Shown: piece by piece, positions 7,916 through 17,745 of the stretch
Layout of the letters: the number at the start of each line of letters is the position of its first letter
Position numbering within the stretch: the first letter of the stretch is position 1
Source: Dehalococcoidia bacterium
Lineage (GTDB): Bacteria; Chloroflexota; Dehalococcoidia; Lucifugimonadales; Lucifugimonadaceae
Assembly (NCBI GenBank): GCA_965204135.1
Contig: CBDBDX010000012.1
Location: forward strand, 35,503 to 99,502
Direction: 5' to 3'
DNA: 64,000 nucleotides
Notes under the pieces: generated by a model
Database searches by the model: none
Told to the model about the DNA's origin: nothing
What the model saw: the letters and a program-made list of their open reading frames with translations, nothing else
Translations under genes and position numbers: made by a program

Positions 7916-9548
7916 TCACCGAAACTACGCGTCCGCCTACGTTTCGAAGGCGTTGGACCGCGGGATGGGCGTTGATATCGTCAGGAACGCCAAAGGGCTG
8001 CGATTGGTCAGATAACTGATTCGCGCCGGAAGGGGTATCGTTCGATTGTGATACTGGCGCTGGTGCAGGGGCCGTCGATGATGGTGACGATTGCTTAGCA
8101 GCGTTAGACAGCGAGGAACCCGTGGCAGCTTGCTGAAGTTGAACACGGATGTTTTCGCCGTAGACGTTTTGGAACGCGGGACGCAGCTTTGCCCTTGTCT
8201 CGTCGTTCATCCACGCGTCGCGAAGCCTTCGCGCGCCGTTTGTGTATTTTGGCTGCAGTACTAGGACGCCGTTGTTCGGACCGATGAAGTCGACTTGTGC
8301 GAAGATGGTGCGGATCTGCGAGCCGGCCGCTTTACCTATCTCTTCGAGAATGCGAGAGCCAGAAGGCGCGTCCGCTGGTTGGAACGAAGTGGATTCCGGA
8401 TCAGGTTGGGTTGACGCGAACTGTCGAGGCTGTCTCGCAGGTTGAGCCGCTGGCGCGACGGCAGGCTCCGGCTTTGGAGGGGCGGCGACTGCTTGCAGGG
8501 TCGCGATCTCTAGGGCGAGGGGGGATGAAGCCTCGCCAAAGCGTTCGTTGCGTCCGAAGACGGTGATGGCGTGCAGCATCTGTTCGGAGGATGCGCTCAT
8601 CGCTTCAGGTTCAAGTTCTGGAGCATCGCCGAGTTGGCCGTAGAGGCTGGCGATGCCATGTTTGGCCAACAAGGCGCCACGAAGAGCTGAGACGGTCGAG
8701 TCGCGTAGTCCCTTCAGTTCCGCCCCTCTTCCCGCTTCGCTTTCTATGATCTCTAAAGCGCGCTTGGTATCTCTTCGCAGGATTGCGCTGGCGAGGTTGC
8801 GGGCGGACGATGCGTCGCTGATGCCGAGGAGTTCGCGGGCTTGTGATTCGGTGATCTCACCGGTGCCATAGGAGACGGCGAGTTGTTCGAGGAGGTTTTC
8901 GGCATCCCGCAATGATCCCCACGCGGATCGTGCGACGAGTTCAAGGACGGCGGGTTCGCAATCGATCTCTTCTTCGTCGCAGATGAGTATGAGACGTCCG
9001 ATGACATCGTCTGCGGTGAGGCGTCGGAAATCGAATCGCTGGCATCGGCTGATGATGGTGGCTGGCACGCGGTGTATGTCAGTTGTTGCGAGGATCATGA
9101 CGACCTGCGGAGGCGGCTCTTCGAGCGTTTTCAGCAGCGCGTTGAACGCCGCGTCCGTGAGCATGTGGACCTCGTCGATGATGTAGACCTTGAACTGGCC
9201 CACGGACGGTCTCAGCAGGACGCGGTCTCGGAGTGCGCGGATGTCGTCGATGCCGCGGTTGGAAGCGGCGTCGATCTCAATGAGGTCCATGAAGCGGCCT
9301 TCATCGATGGCGATAGCGATCTCGGTGTCTGGTTTTGGGTCCCCGTTATCGTCGAGTTCAGCGTTGAGGGCTTTTGCGAGAATGCGAGCGGTTGAGGTCT
9401 TGCCGACGCCGCGGGGGCCGGTGAAGAGGTAGGCGTGTGCGACACGGTCCGTTAGGACTGCGCGGCGGAGGGTGTCGGTGATGTGTTCTTGGCCCACGAC
9501 ATCGCTGAAGCGTGTGGGTCGCCACTTCCTATAGAAGACGGTACTCAT
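7908..9548 (-). CDS. dnaX: DNA polymerase III subunit gamma/tau
   Basis: MSTVFYRKWRPTRFSDVVGQEH, GPRGVGKTS, IIDEVHML, and a Pro/Ala-rich tau linker. Start trimmed to 9548. Confidence 0.9.
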   Translation of the reverse strand: MSTVFYRKWRPTRFSDVVGQEHITDTLRRAVLTDRVAHAYLFTGPRGVGKTSTARILAKALNAELDDNGDPKPDTEIAIAIDEGRFMDLIEIDAASNRGIDDIRALRDRVLLRPSVGQFKVYIIDEVHMLTDAAFNALLKTLEEPPPQVVMILATTDIHRVPATIISRCQRFDFRRLTADDVIGRLILICDEEEIDCEPAVLELVARSAWGSLRDAENLLEQLAVSYGTGEITESQARELLGISDASSARNLASAILRRDTKRALEIIESEAGRGAELKGLRDSTVSALRGALLAKHGIASLYGQLGDAPELEPEAMSASSEQMLHAITVFGRNERFGEASSPLALEIATLQAVAAPPKPEPAVAPAAQPARQPRQFASTQPDPESTSFQPADAPSGSRILEEIGKAAGSQIRTIFAQVDFIGPNNGVLVLQPKYTNGARRLRDAWMNDETRAKLRPAFQNVYGENIRVQLQQAATGSSLSNAAKQSSPSSTAPAPAPVSQSNDTPSGANQLSDQSQPFGVPDDINAHPAVQRLRNVGGRVVSVND

Positions 9549-9693
9549 GGTTGATTGAAGAAGGGGGTGATTAGGTATCCATGATATGCGCCGTAGTCTT
9601 ACGGGCGGACTGGGCAGCACCACTGCACGCGCGCTTAATTGGCCTGCGGGGTGTCTGTAGGTTTTGACTTGCTTGGTACGGGATAATGGCTTT

Positions 9694-10518
9694 ATGCCGG
9701 AAGCTCCTGATCTGTATGTGTTGCGTGAATACCTTGCGCCTCGTATCGAGGGTAAGGCGATTGAATCGGCTGAGGAGATTCGGGCGCTGGTGTTGAGGAA
9801 TATGGTGGGGCAGCCGCTTGGCGGACACGTAAGCGGGAGGGCGATCGAATCGTTGGATCGGAAAGGAAAGCTGCTTTTGATGTCGTTGTCGGGCGGAATT
9901 TCAATGATCATCAGTCCGATGCTGACAGGTGAATTGTCGCTGGTCGACTCGAGGAAAAGGTTGTTGAAATCGACAATTTTGACGATGAATTTAGACGTGA
10001 ATAGGCAGCTTCGTTACACAGATCCGAAGCGTATGGGTCAGATCTACTATCTGGAAACGAATCGCATCGACGAAGTAACTCGGGTTACGGATCAAGGGCC
10101 TGATGTGCTGGACGATCCGATGTCTTTGACGGATTTCAGGGCGTCGCTGAAACGATTTCGGGGCGAGGTTAAGGGGGTGCTGACTCGGGGGCAGTTAGTC
10201 GCGGGTATCGGAAATGCCTACGCCGATGAGGTGCTATGGGCGGCAGGCGTCTATCCGTTTCGCAAGGTGTCGAAGCTGAGCAGCGATGAGATTGCCCGAC
10301 TTCATGATGCGACTTATCGCGTCCCTCGTGACGCGGTGACGAAATTGCGGGCGGTATTCGGCTCAGATCATCCTCGCAAGGAGCGAAAGTTCCTCGCTGT
10401 GCACGGAAAACCAGGATCTCCGTGCCCGAAATGCGGATCGAAAATAAGTTCGGTCAAGTCTCGGCAGCGCGACACGAATTTCTGCCGTAAATGTCAACCA
10501 GGCAATATGTTTGAATGA
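9694..10518 (+). CDS. Fpg/Nei family DNA glycosylase
   Basis: N-terminal MPEAPD (catalytic Pro2/Glu3) and C-terminal zinc finger CPKCGS...CRKCQ. Confidence 0.8.
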   Translation: MPEAPDLYVLREYLAPRIEGKAIESAEEIRALVLRNMVGQPLGGHVSGRAIESLDRKGKLLLMSLSGGISMIISPMLTGELSLVDSRKRLLKSTILTMNLDVNRQLRYTDPKRMGQIYYLETNRIDEVTRVTDQGPDVLDDPMSLTDFRASLKRFRGEVKGVLTRGQLVAGIGNAYADEVLWAAGVYPFRKVSKLSSDEIARLHDATYRVPRDAVTKLRAVFGSDHPRKERKFLAVHGKPGSPCPKCGSKISSVKSRQRDTNFCRKCQPGNMFE

Positions 10519-10628
10519 GCAATTACCTGTTTTTGACGGGATTTGGGTTTTGTAGAATCTCGTTTAGAACGACGATGGGCACGAAAACCGTCATTTCTCT
10601 TGTCCCATCTCCTTGATTCGGGACGCGC

Positions 10629-10970
10629 TTGCTCGATCTGAATGACATTGCTGATATTTCCGCAGTCGCGCGGGATTTAGCGTTCGTTGTCGTCTGTGTG
10701 GTGGCAGCGGTCGCGACTTTGTTGATTCTGGTCAGTGTGCGCAAAATAGTGCGTCGCTTGAACGAGGCGATGGACCGTGTCGACGACCTTTTGGATTCAG
10801 TCGTCGCGGCCCGAGATTCGTTTAATGAGTTGCGTGAAAAAGTCCGGAGTCGCAGTATGGGCGGAGAAGGTTCAGGTGAGGGGTTCAACGTCGTTACATG
10901 GTTGTTGACACCGCTCGGTCACGTGATCAATCGTCAGTTCCGAAACCGATCACGAGGCAAGAGCGACTAG
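10629..10970 (+). CDS. small membrane protein, DUF948-like
   Basis: One N-terminal TM helix followed by a helical region. Adjacent to a YtxH gene. Confidence 0.4.
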   Translation: MLDLNDIADISAVARDLAFVVVCVVAAVATLLILVSVRKIVRRLNEAMDRVDDLLDSVVAARDSFNELREKVRSRSMGGEGSGEGFNVVTWLLTPLGHVINRQFRNRSRGKSD

Positions 10971-10999
10971 ACACGGTGAGGTCCTTCGCCGCGCCGTAG

Positions 11000-11413
11000 T
11001 TGAGAAATGGAGAAATTAAAGTGGCAAATGGAAGTGGAGACAGCTTTCTTGCGGGTGTGATATTGGGTGGCATCGCGGGTTTCGCGGCCGGTTTGTTGCT
11101 CGCACCTAAATCAGGTTCGGAGATGCGCGCTGACCTGCTCGACCGCACCGACTCGGCGCGTGAGCAGCTTTGGGACCGAACAGGTTCGGCTCGCGAGCAA
11201 ATCATAGAACGCACCGGCACGGCTCGCGATCAGATGGAAGATCTATTGGACTCGACGAGCCAACGCCTCGAAGAGATCAGAGCTGAGGCCGCGCAGATCG
11301 CGTCTGGGCTTCGCCAACGGGTAAACCGAAACGCCGCGAGCGAAGACGACGGTATGCCGGTGATGGCGGAGTTTGAAACGGCGCCACAGGCCGACGAACA
11401 AGAACGCGTTTAA
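11000..11413 (+). CDS. YtxH domain protein
   Basis: GVILGGIAGFAAGLLLAPKSGSEMRADL. Confidence 0.65.
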   Translation: MRNGEIKVANGSGDSFLAGVILGGIAGFAAGLLLAPKSGSEMRADLLDRTDSAREQLWDRTGSAREQIIERTGTARDQMEDLLDSTSQRLEEIRAEAAQIASGLRQRVNRNAASEDDGMPVMAEFETAPQADEQERV

Positions 11414-11506
11414 TCGCTAGAAGGTACTAGTGATACGAGCTCCCGATGATGCGTCTCATAGCCGCGTCGTCCGGAGTTCGTCGATTGATCGATCACAGGG
11501 GAACAT

Positions 11507-12478
11507 GTGATGACGACACAAGAACGACCACTGGTAGTGGTTCCCTCAGACGATCCTGCGCAGTGCCAAGGTTCACCGCGGATGGCCGATCTGGAAGCCA
11601 TCGCGGATTTGAAGATATTCCCTACTAGAGCGGACAGCTTCGAAGTTCAGATCGAACGTGCCAAAGGCGCCACCGTCATCATCAACTCACGTAGCTACCT
11701 GGAATGGCATGCTGACTCTTTCGATCAATTGCCCGACCTCCAGTTCATCTCCGTGTGCGGCATCGGCACCGATTCGATTGATCTCGAGGCGGCGCGTGAA
11801 CGTGGCATCACGGTCTCGAACATCCCTGGCAAGACCGCGCCTGTAGTCGCCGAGCACGCCTTCGGATTGATGTTCGCGGCCGCCAAACGTGCCGCGTGGT
11901 ACACGGAAATGACGCGCAAAGGCGAGTGGGTGAAGGAAGACGGCGTATTTCTCGGTGGAAAGACGGTAGGTATCGTCGGAACCGGGAACATCGGAGCTGA
12001 GATGGCTCGGCTGTGCAACGCGCTAGGGATGAACGTCGTCGCGTACACATTCAATCCTTCTGAGGAGCGGGCAGAGAAACTAGGGGTCAGGTTTGTGGAG
12101 TTAGACGAGTTGCTGGGACTTTCGGACGTCGTCACCATTCACACAAAGTTGACACCGGACTCGGAAAAGATGATCGGGGCAAGGGAGATCGCTCTGATGA
12201 AGCCCGAGGCGATACTTGTTAACGTCGCACGGGGACCGATAGTCGACGAATCAGCGCTTGTCGACGCGCTTAATTCTGGTCATTTGTCAGGTGCGGCGCT
12301 CGACGTATTCGAGAACGAGCCATTGCCGGAAGGCAGTCCGATCACCAAGTGCGACCAAGTCGTGTTGACGCCGCATATCGCCGACATGACGCCGGAGGGG
12401 CTGGATCTCCTCAACCAAGGAGTAGTGGAAAACTCTCTAGCGTTTCTAAACGGCACACCGCAAAACGTGGTCAACTGA
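11507..12478 (+). CDS. D-isomer specific 2-hydroxyacid dehydrogenase family protein
   Basis: GKTVGIVGTGNIGAEMA, ARGPIVDE, LTPHIA. Confidence 0.85.
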   Translation: MMTTQERPLVVVPSDDPAQCQGSPRMADLEAIADLKIFPTRADSFEVQIERAKGATVIINSRSYLEWHADSFDQLPDLQFISVCGIGTDSIDLEAARERGITVSNIPGKTAPVVAEHAFGLMFAAAKRAAWYTEMTRKGEWVKEDGVFLGGKTVGIVGTGNIGAEMARLCNALGMNVVAYTFNPSEERAEKLGVRFVELDELLGLSDVVTIHTKLTPDSEKMIGAREIALMKPEAILVNVARGPIVDESALVDALNSGHLSGAALDVFENEPLPEGSPITKCDQVVLTPHIADMTPEGLDLLNQGVVENSLAFLNGTPQNVVN

Positions 12479-12485
12479 CGTATTT

Positions 12486-12962
12486 TTGAGGATAAGTGCA
12501 TTGATCGACATCCGCGAACTGCAGCAAGGTGATGCCGAGGACGTAATGGCGTTAGATCAGGAGATTCGGGGCCCGGACCGCTCGACGACTTGGGACCAGT
12601 ACGTTGGGCGGGTGCTGGAGATAATCGCGCTCGATTCGTTGGAGTATGCACCTTGGGGATGTTTCGTAGCGGTTGACGAAGACCGTGATGACGAGATCAT
12701 CGCATTTCTAATGTCGGAGCGGCAAACCGCGTCGTACGGATTGCCACCTGGAGTCAGGATCGTTGCGATGGCCGTGCATCCCGATTACCGCCGGCGAGGC
12801 GTCGGTTCGCGGCTAGTGGACGCGCTGACCGAAAAAGCCAAGGCAGAAGGCGTAAGTAACATGTTTTCGGTGCTGCTAGATGAAGATGAGCGGGACGCAT
12901 CCTTCCTAGAACGTAACGGCTTCACCGGGGCGCACTTCAAGGTCTTCACGAAAGAGATATAG
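12486..12962 (+). CDS. GNAT family N-acetyltransferase
   Basis: VAMAVHPDYRRRGVGSRLV (acetyl-CoA motif A). Confidence 0.8.
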   Translation: MRISALIDIRELQQGDAEDVMALDQEIRGPDRSTTWDQYVGRVLEIIALDSLEYAPWGCFVAVDEDRDDEIIAFLMSERQTASYGLPPGVRIVAMAVHPDYRRRGVGSRLVDALTEKAKAEGVSNMFSVLLDEDERDASFLERNGFTGAHFKVFTKEI

Positions 12963-12964
12963 GT

Positions 12965-13750
12965 GTGGGTCGTCACGCCAGGCCTCTTGGCAAGGACGCG
13001 GACCACAGTCCCGAAGCGGCATTAGCGTCGCATCCTAGGCGGGAGTCCCTGCTGATACGCGAGCGGTTGGTGGAGGGAGTGCGACTGGGTATCACTTCGC
13101 AGCATGGGCTGATCGCGCATGGTCGTGGTGAGGCGTACGACTATTTGCTCGGTGAACAGACGCGAGATTTCGCCGAGACAGCGATTCGAGCATCGGTGGC
13201 TATGATGCTGCTGGCGAAGCATCCGGTGATTTCGGTCAATGGCAACGCCGCGGCACTGGTCCCCAGAGACCTTGCCAGACTTTCGGAAATAACTGGTGCA
13301 CGGCTTGAGATCAACCTGTTCCATGTCAGCGATGCTCGCGTCGCGGCGATTGAGCAACACCTATCGGAGTTCGGTGGTTCAAATATTTTGAAGCCGACGG
13401 AAGAAGCGGTTATACCGACTTTGAGCAGTGCCCGACGGTACGTGAATCCCGAAGGCATCGCCCGTGCAGACGTCGTTTTCGTTCCGCTTGAAGACGGTGA
13501 TCGTTGCGCCGCATTGCGTGCGGCCGGCAAGTCGGTGATTGCCGTTGACCTCAACCCGTTGTCGAGGACGTCGCGCGATGCTTCGATAACGATCGTCGAC
13601 AACGTTGTCAGGGCGGTTCCGAGAATGGTCGCATGGGCTAACGAGACAGGACGTCGCCAAGATCGATCGAGTTTGCAGCGAATCGTTCGAGACTACGATC
13701 ACGAAGCGACGTTGTCCGCGGCGGAGGCCGCGCTGAGAACTGGCGTGTAA
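12965..13750 (+). CDS. 4-phosphopantoate--beta-alanine ligase (archaeal-type phosphopantothenate synthetase) homolog
   Basis: GLIAHGRGEAYDYLLGE, PVISVNGNAAALVP, EINLFH, VFVPLEDGDR, VIAVDLNPLSRTSRDASITIVDNVVRA. These match my recollection of the archaeal PPS family. Confidence 0.65.
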   Translation: MGRHARPLGKDADHSPEAALASHPRRESLLIRERLVEGVRLGITSQHGLIAHGRGEAYDYLLGEQTRDFAETAIRASVAMMLLAKHPVISVNGNAAALVPRDLARLSEITGARLEINLFHVSDARVAAIEQHLSEFGGSNILKPTEEAVIPTLSSARRYVNPEGIARADVVFVPLEDGDRCAALRAAGKSVIAVDLNPLSRTSRDASITIVDNVVRAVPRMVAWANETGRRQDRSSLQRIVRDYDHEATLSAAEAALRTGV

Positions 13751-13866
13751 GGGTTGTTCAAGCGACCTCTCGGCACCTTTAGGGCGTGAGTGCTGACCTT
13801 GGCCCTGAATTCGTAACCTAAAATGTTCGCGACAGTGCCGTTATCACTCGCTGCCATTTTCTCGTC

Positions 13867-15330
13867 ATGACCACGCGTGACAACCAACCGCGGATCGGAG
13901 ACCAAGTAGTTCGCGTCCCGCGACGCGCCCAGACTTCGCCGGTCACTATATCGGTGGCGCACCGCACGATTTCGGTACGCGGGATCACTTCCCCGATGTC
14001 GTTGATCTACGGTTTCTTGGTCATCGATCTGATCGGTACCGGGCTGTTAATGCTGCCGATCTCAAGCAAGGAGCCGGGCGTAGCCGATCTGCTAACTTGC
14101 GTGTTTACAGCGTCTACGTCCGTTACAGTCACCGGGCTGGTCACCGTTGACACGCTTGATCACTGGACTCTCTTCGGGCAAGCGGTGATCCTAGCCCTCA
14201 TCTTCATCGGCGGTTTGGGTTTCATGACCGGCGCAGCGTTCCTGATCATCCTCGTCGGCCAGGAACTGGGACTGCAAAACCGATTGATAGTGCGTGAAGG
14301 CCTGGGAGTCGGACAACTGGGCGACATCACGGTGTTGGTGAGAAACATCGTGGTCTTCGCCGTCACTGCTCAACTCATCGGCTTCGTAGCTCTGTGGATC
14401 TATTGGACCTTCGTGCGCGGAATATGGGACGAGTTCAGCTTATGGAAGACGTTATGGCTGGGACTGTTTCATGGGATCTCGGCTTTCAACAATGCCGGTA
14501 TCGAAGTATTGCCAAACGACATCGTGGGCGGCGACAGCCTGATCGGCTTCAACTCGGACTACTTCACGTTGTTCGTCTTCGCCGTGTTGATATTTGCCGG
14601 TAGCACTGGCTACGTTTTCTGGAGCGACATGTGGCGGAAACGCCGTTTCAGCTCGTTGCGATTAGACAGCAAGTTGGTTCTGATAGGCACCGTCTTGCTG
14701 TTTATCGCGGGGTTTGTGACTTACGCGGCCGGGGAATGGGGCAATTCTGCGACTTCGGGAGAAGGTGATCTGGTTCAAAAGGTTTCAGACGCCACATTCC
14801 ACTCGATCACTACTCGATCATCAGGATTTTCGGCGGTTTCATATAGCGATGTGTCTACGTCTACGGACTTCTCGACCGAGGTTTTGATGTTTATCGGTGG
14901 CGTATCTGGCACCACAGGGGGTGGCATCAAAGTGAACACCTTCATGGTCATCGTTCTCGCGGCGTTGATGACGATGATGGGACGTTCGGCCACCAACATA
15001 TTTCGTAGCCAAATACCATCTATGACGGTTCAGAGAGCGTTGGTGGTTGGTGCCGTATCTGCATCGATCGTGATTTTCGTGGCTTATTTGGCGTTGCAGA
15101 CGCAATCCGACTTGCCGTTCCGAGACGTCTTCTTTGAAGTAGTTTCCGCGGCCGCGACTGTCGGACTCAGCACGGGAATCACACCGGAATTGAACGCGCC
15201 TACGCAAGTCATCGTCATTGTTTCGATGTTCCTAGGCAGGTTTGGGCCGCTTTCGCTCGCACTCTTGATGGCGGGTCGCCAGGTTGATGAACGATTCTCT
15301 CTTCCAACCGAAGAGGTTAGAATCGGTTGA
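13867..15330 (+). CDS. TrkH/KtrB family K+ transporter membrane subunit
   Basis: Polytopic protein. FNNAG and GTTGGGIKVNTF are pore-loop-like motifs. Confidence 0.85.
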   Translation: MTTRDNQPRIGDQVVRVPRRAQTSPVTISVAHRTISVRGITSPMSLIYGFLVIDLIGTGLLMLPISSKEPGVADLLTCVFTASTSVTVTGLVTVDTLDHWTLFGQAVILALIFIGGLGFMTGAAFLIILVGQELGLQNRLIVREGLGVGQLGDITVLVRNIVVFAVTAQLIGFVALWIYWTFVRGIWDEFSLWKTLWLGLFHGISAFNNAGIEVLPNDIVGGDSLIGFNSDYFTLFVFAVLIFAGSTGYVFWSDMWRKRRFSSLRLDSKLVLIGTVLLFIAGFVTYAAGEWGNSATSGEGDLVQKVSDATFHSITTRSSGFSAVSYSDVSTSTDFSTEVLMFIGGVSGTTGGGIKVNTFMVIVLAALMTMMGRSATNIFRSQIPSMTVQRALVVGAVSASIVIFVAYLALQTQSDLPFRDVFFEVVSAAATVGLSTGITPELNAPTQVIVIVSMFLGRFGPLSLALLMAGRQVDERFSLPTEEVRIG

Positions 15331-15375
15331 CCTCGTACCGTCATTTGGAACGTGCTTAGGAATGACATCTAAGAA

Positions 15376-16035
15376 ATGGCAGGCCAGAACATAGTAGTTG
15401 CCGGTGTCGGGCGGTTCGGATCTCAGGTCGCCACGTCTCTGTTCCAACTCGGACATGATGTACTGGCGATCGATCGCGACCAAGCGAGGATCCAAGCCCT
15501 CATCGGTCGCGTGACCTATCCAGTCGCTGGCGACGTTACGGACGAAATACTGATGCGCGACCTTGGCGTCGAGAACTTCGATGTTGCAATCGTGTGCATC
15601 GGCCGCAACGTCGAATCCAGCATCATGACAGCGGTTTTGCTGCGATCGCTCGAAATCCCGACGGTGATCGCACGTGCACGCAACCGCCTGCACGCGGAAA
15701 CACTGCAACGGATCGGATGTCATCGTGTGATCAACGCAGAAGAGGAGGCAGGGATGAGGTTGGCGCAAACTCTGTTCACCCCTAACGTTACAGATTACCT
15801 GCCTTTAGGAGGTTCTCAAGGGATCAGCAGGTTACGTGTTCCCGATGATATGAGGGACAAAACTCTGCGCGAAGCCGGCTTCACAGAGTTCCAAGATCAG
15901 AACAATCTCTCTGTTTTGGCGCTCATCCGCGACCAAAATGCGCGGCTGATCCCGGATCTTGACGAGCGAACGCGTGTCGCCGATGAGATCGTGGTGGCCG
16001 GAGATAAAGACCTCGTCGATGAGTTAGTCGGATGA
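15376..16035 (+). CDS. TrkA/KtrA-type RCK protein (TrkA-N plus TrkA-C)
   Basis: IVVAGVGRFGSQVATSLFQLGHDVLAIDRD. Confidence 0.85.
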   Translation: MAGQNIVVAGVGRFGSQVATSLFQLGHDVLAIDRDQARIQALIGRVTYPVAGDVTDEILMRDLGVENFDVAIVCIGRNVESSIMTAVLLRSLEIPTVIARARNRLHAETLQRIGCHRVINAEEEAGMRLAQTLFTPNVTDYLPLGGSQGISRLRVPDDMRDKTLREAGFTEFQDQNNLSVLALIRDQNARLIPDLDERTRVADEIVVAGDKDLVDELVG

Positions 16036-16517
16036 AGTATTCACGCATTATGTGCCTCGTGCGCGGTGACGAGACCGACGCAGATACAGTAGAAACCGCT
16101 GTCGGGTTGCTCGCGGGCAACAATCAGGGTATCCGATTTGTGTACGTGATCGTCGTAGACAGACGTTTTGCGCTTGACGAACCAACCCCGGCCGCTTACT
16201 CTGACGCTGAACGCGCATTGCGGGAAGCCGAACAAATGTCGCGTCAGAGGGTGACGGCGAGGGGGGCGATCCTGCAATCACGCGCGATCGGGCCGGTGCT
16301 GGTACGCGAGGCCTTGGACTACGGATCTGAGGTGATCGTTGCGGCGGCTAAAATTACTTCAACGATGAACGGTAAGTCGATTGACGATGATTCGGATTAT
16401 CTGATATCTAATGCGCCATGCGCGGTGGTGCTGGTGCGAGACGCAGTTCCTGGGTTTGAAGCCACGCCGGGAAGCCGAGATTCGCAGACCGCGTTGACTT
16501 TCGCGCGTGACAATTGA
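16032..16517 (+). CDS. universal stress protein family
   Basis: Size, IVAAA and SNAPCAVVLV C-terminal motif. 4-nt overlap with the upstream RCK gene. Confidence 0.65.
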   Translation: MKYSRIMCLVRGDETDADTVETAVGLLAGNNQGIRFVYVIVVDRRFALDEPTPAAYSDAERALREAEQMSRQRVTARGAILQSRAIGPVLVREALDYGSEVIVAAAKITSTMNGKSIDDDSDYLISNAPCAVVLVRDAVPGFEATPGSRDSQTALTFARDN

Positions 16518-16582
16518 TTTTTCGATAGATTAGATTGCACAACGGTTTGATTATTGCCGAGCCGTATTCGAGTCGGAACCGC

Positions 16583-17026
16583 ATGAGAGTAGTAATCGCA
16601 GGGCACGATCGTCTAGGCATCGTGATGGCCAATATCCTCAGCGAGGGTGGGCACGATGTGCTTATCGTCGAAGCTGAAGGCAACAGAATCCGCTCATTGC
16701 CGAGTCATCTAGTTGCGCGCCCAAACGTCGAGGTGCTCGAGGCCAAACCAACTTTGGACGAAACAATGATCGCCATGGACATCCGTAACGCGGATCTATT
16801 CATCGCGGCCCTGCGGACCCCGGCAGAGAACGGTCTCGCCGCCCTCAAAGCGAAAATCACATACGGCGTCGAAAACGTTATCGCGGTCGTGACGAACGAG
16901 GCCTTGAGCAAGATCCATGAGGGCTTCGGGATCCGTACGGTGAATCCATATACCTTGGCGCTTTCGGATCTGCGAGACACGCTTAACATTGACTCCGATG
17001 GCGAAGAGGAGGAAACCGCCGCCTAG
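16583..17026 (+). CDS. TrkA-N (RCK N-terminal) domain protein
   Basis: MRVVIAGHDRLGIVMANILSEGGHDVLIVE. Start trimmed to 16583. Confidence 0.65.
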   Translation: MRVVIAGHDRLGIVMANILSEGGHDVLIVEAEGNRIRSLPSHLVARPNVEVLEAKPTLDETMIAMDIRNADLFIAALRTPAENGLAALKAKITYGVENVIAVVTNEALSKIHEGFGIRTVNPYTLALSDLRDTLNIDSDGEEEETAA

Positions 17027-17061
17027 CAGCGGAGGTAAAGGCACTCACCGGGACAGATCGA

Positions 17062-17745
17062 ATGTATGTCATGATCGTGGGATGCGGGGCGCTGGGCACC
17101 CGCAGCGCTTACTCGCAACTGCACGCCGGGCACGAGGTTTTGCTGCTTGACACCGACGAAAGTCGCGTGGCGATGGTTCAAAAAGCGCTAGGCAACGTCG
17201 CGATGCTTGGTGATGCCACCGAAGAGTTCACGCTATTCAACGCCGGAATCGACAGGTGCGACGCGTTCATAGCGACGACCGGCGACGACGCGGTAAATCT
17301 CGCCGCATCCCAACTGGCGAAGTTCACTTTCGGTGTGGAAACGGTTGTCTCAATCGTTAATGACAGCACCGATACGAACCTGTTCCTCGCGGCTGGCGTG
17401 GACACAATCGTCAGCCGCACCGATGTCATTTTGGCAAATCTCGCCGGCAGCTTGCTTGACCACCCGATGGCCGAGCTGATGACGTTGAATGACCGGAACG
17501 AGAAGCTGGTGTCGATGAAGATTCCTAGCAACGCTAGATCTGTCGGCAACCGGTTCCGCGATCTCGCCTTGCCTTATGGAATCATCATCGCGTTGATAGT
17601 CTCCAGTGTCGGGTCACCGTTCGTCCCCAACGAAGACACCGTCATTCTCGGAGGTGAAGAAGTGATAGCCTCTTGTCCGGTAGAGGCATTGGATGAATTG
17701 GCATACGTGCTAACCGGGCAGAGGTTCTCTTCGATTGTCGCGTAA
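17062..17745 (+). CDS. TrkA/KtrA-type RCK protein
   Basis: VMIVGCGALGTRSAYSQLHAGHEVLLLDTDESR plus a C-terminal TrkA-C-like region. Confidence 0.75.
   Translation: MYVMIVGCGALGTRSAYSQLHAGHEVLLLDTDESRVAMVQKALGNVAMLGDATEEFTLFNAGIDRCDAFIATTGDDAVNLAASQLAKFTFGVETVVSIVNDSTDTNLFLAAGVDTIVSRTDVILANLAGSLLDHPMAELMTLNDRNEKLVSMKIPSNARSVGNRFRDLALPYGIIIALIVSSVGSPFVPNEDTVILGGEEVIASCPVEALDELAYVLTGQRFSSIVA

Noticed and set aside
7908-9548. Programmed -1 frameshift site (A AAA AAG) in dnaX producing the gamma subunit.
   Set aside because: No AAAAAAG-type slippery heptamer is visible in the coding strand.
9549-9693. Possible SRP RNA (ffs) upstream of dnaX, as in Bacillus-type gene order.
   Set aside because: Neither strand contains the conserved domain IV motif (GGUCCGGAAGGAAGCAGCC-like, GNAR tetraloop). 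Only a weak 5-bp hairpin is present. More likely this is just the divergent dnaX/fpg promoter region.
10523-10888. 121-aa minus-strand ORF antisense to the DUF948-like gene.
   Set aside because: Its composition is Ser/Thr/Arg-rich and it fully overlaps the plus-strand ORF. The plus-strand ORF has a clear TM helix and sits next to the functionally associated YtxH gene.
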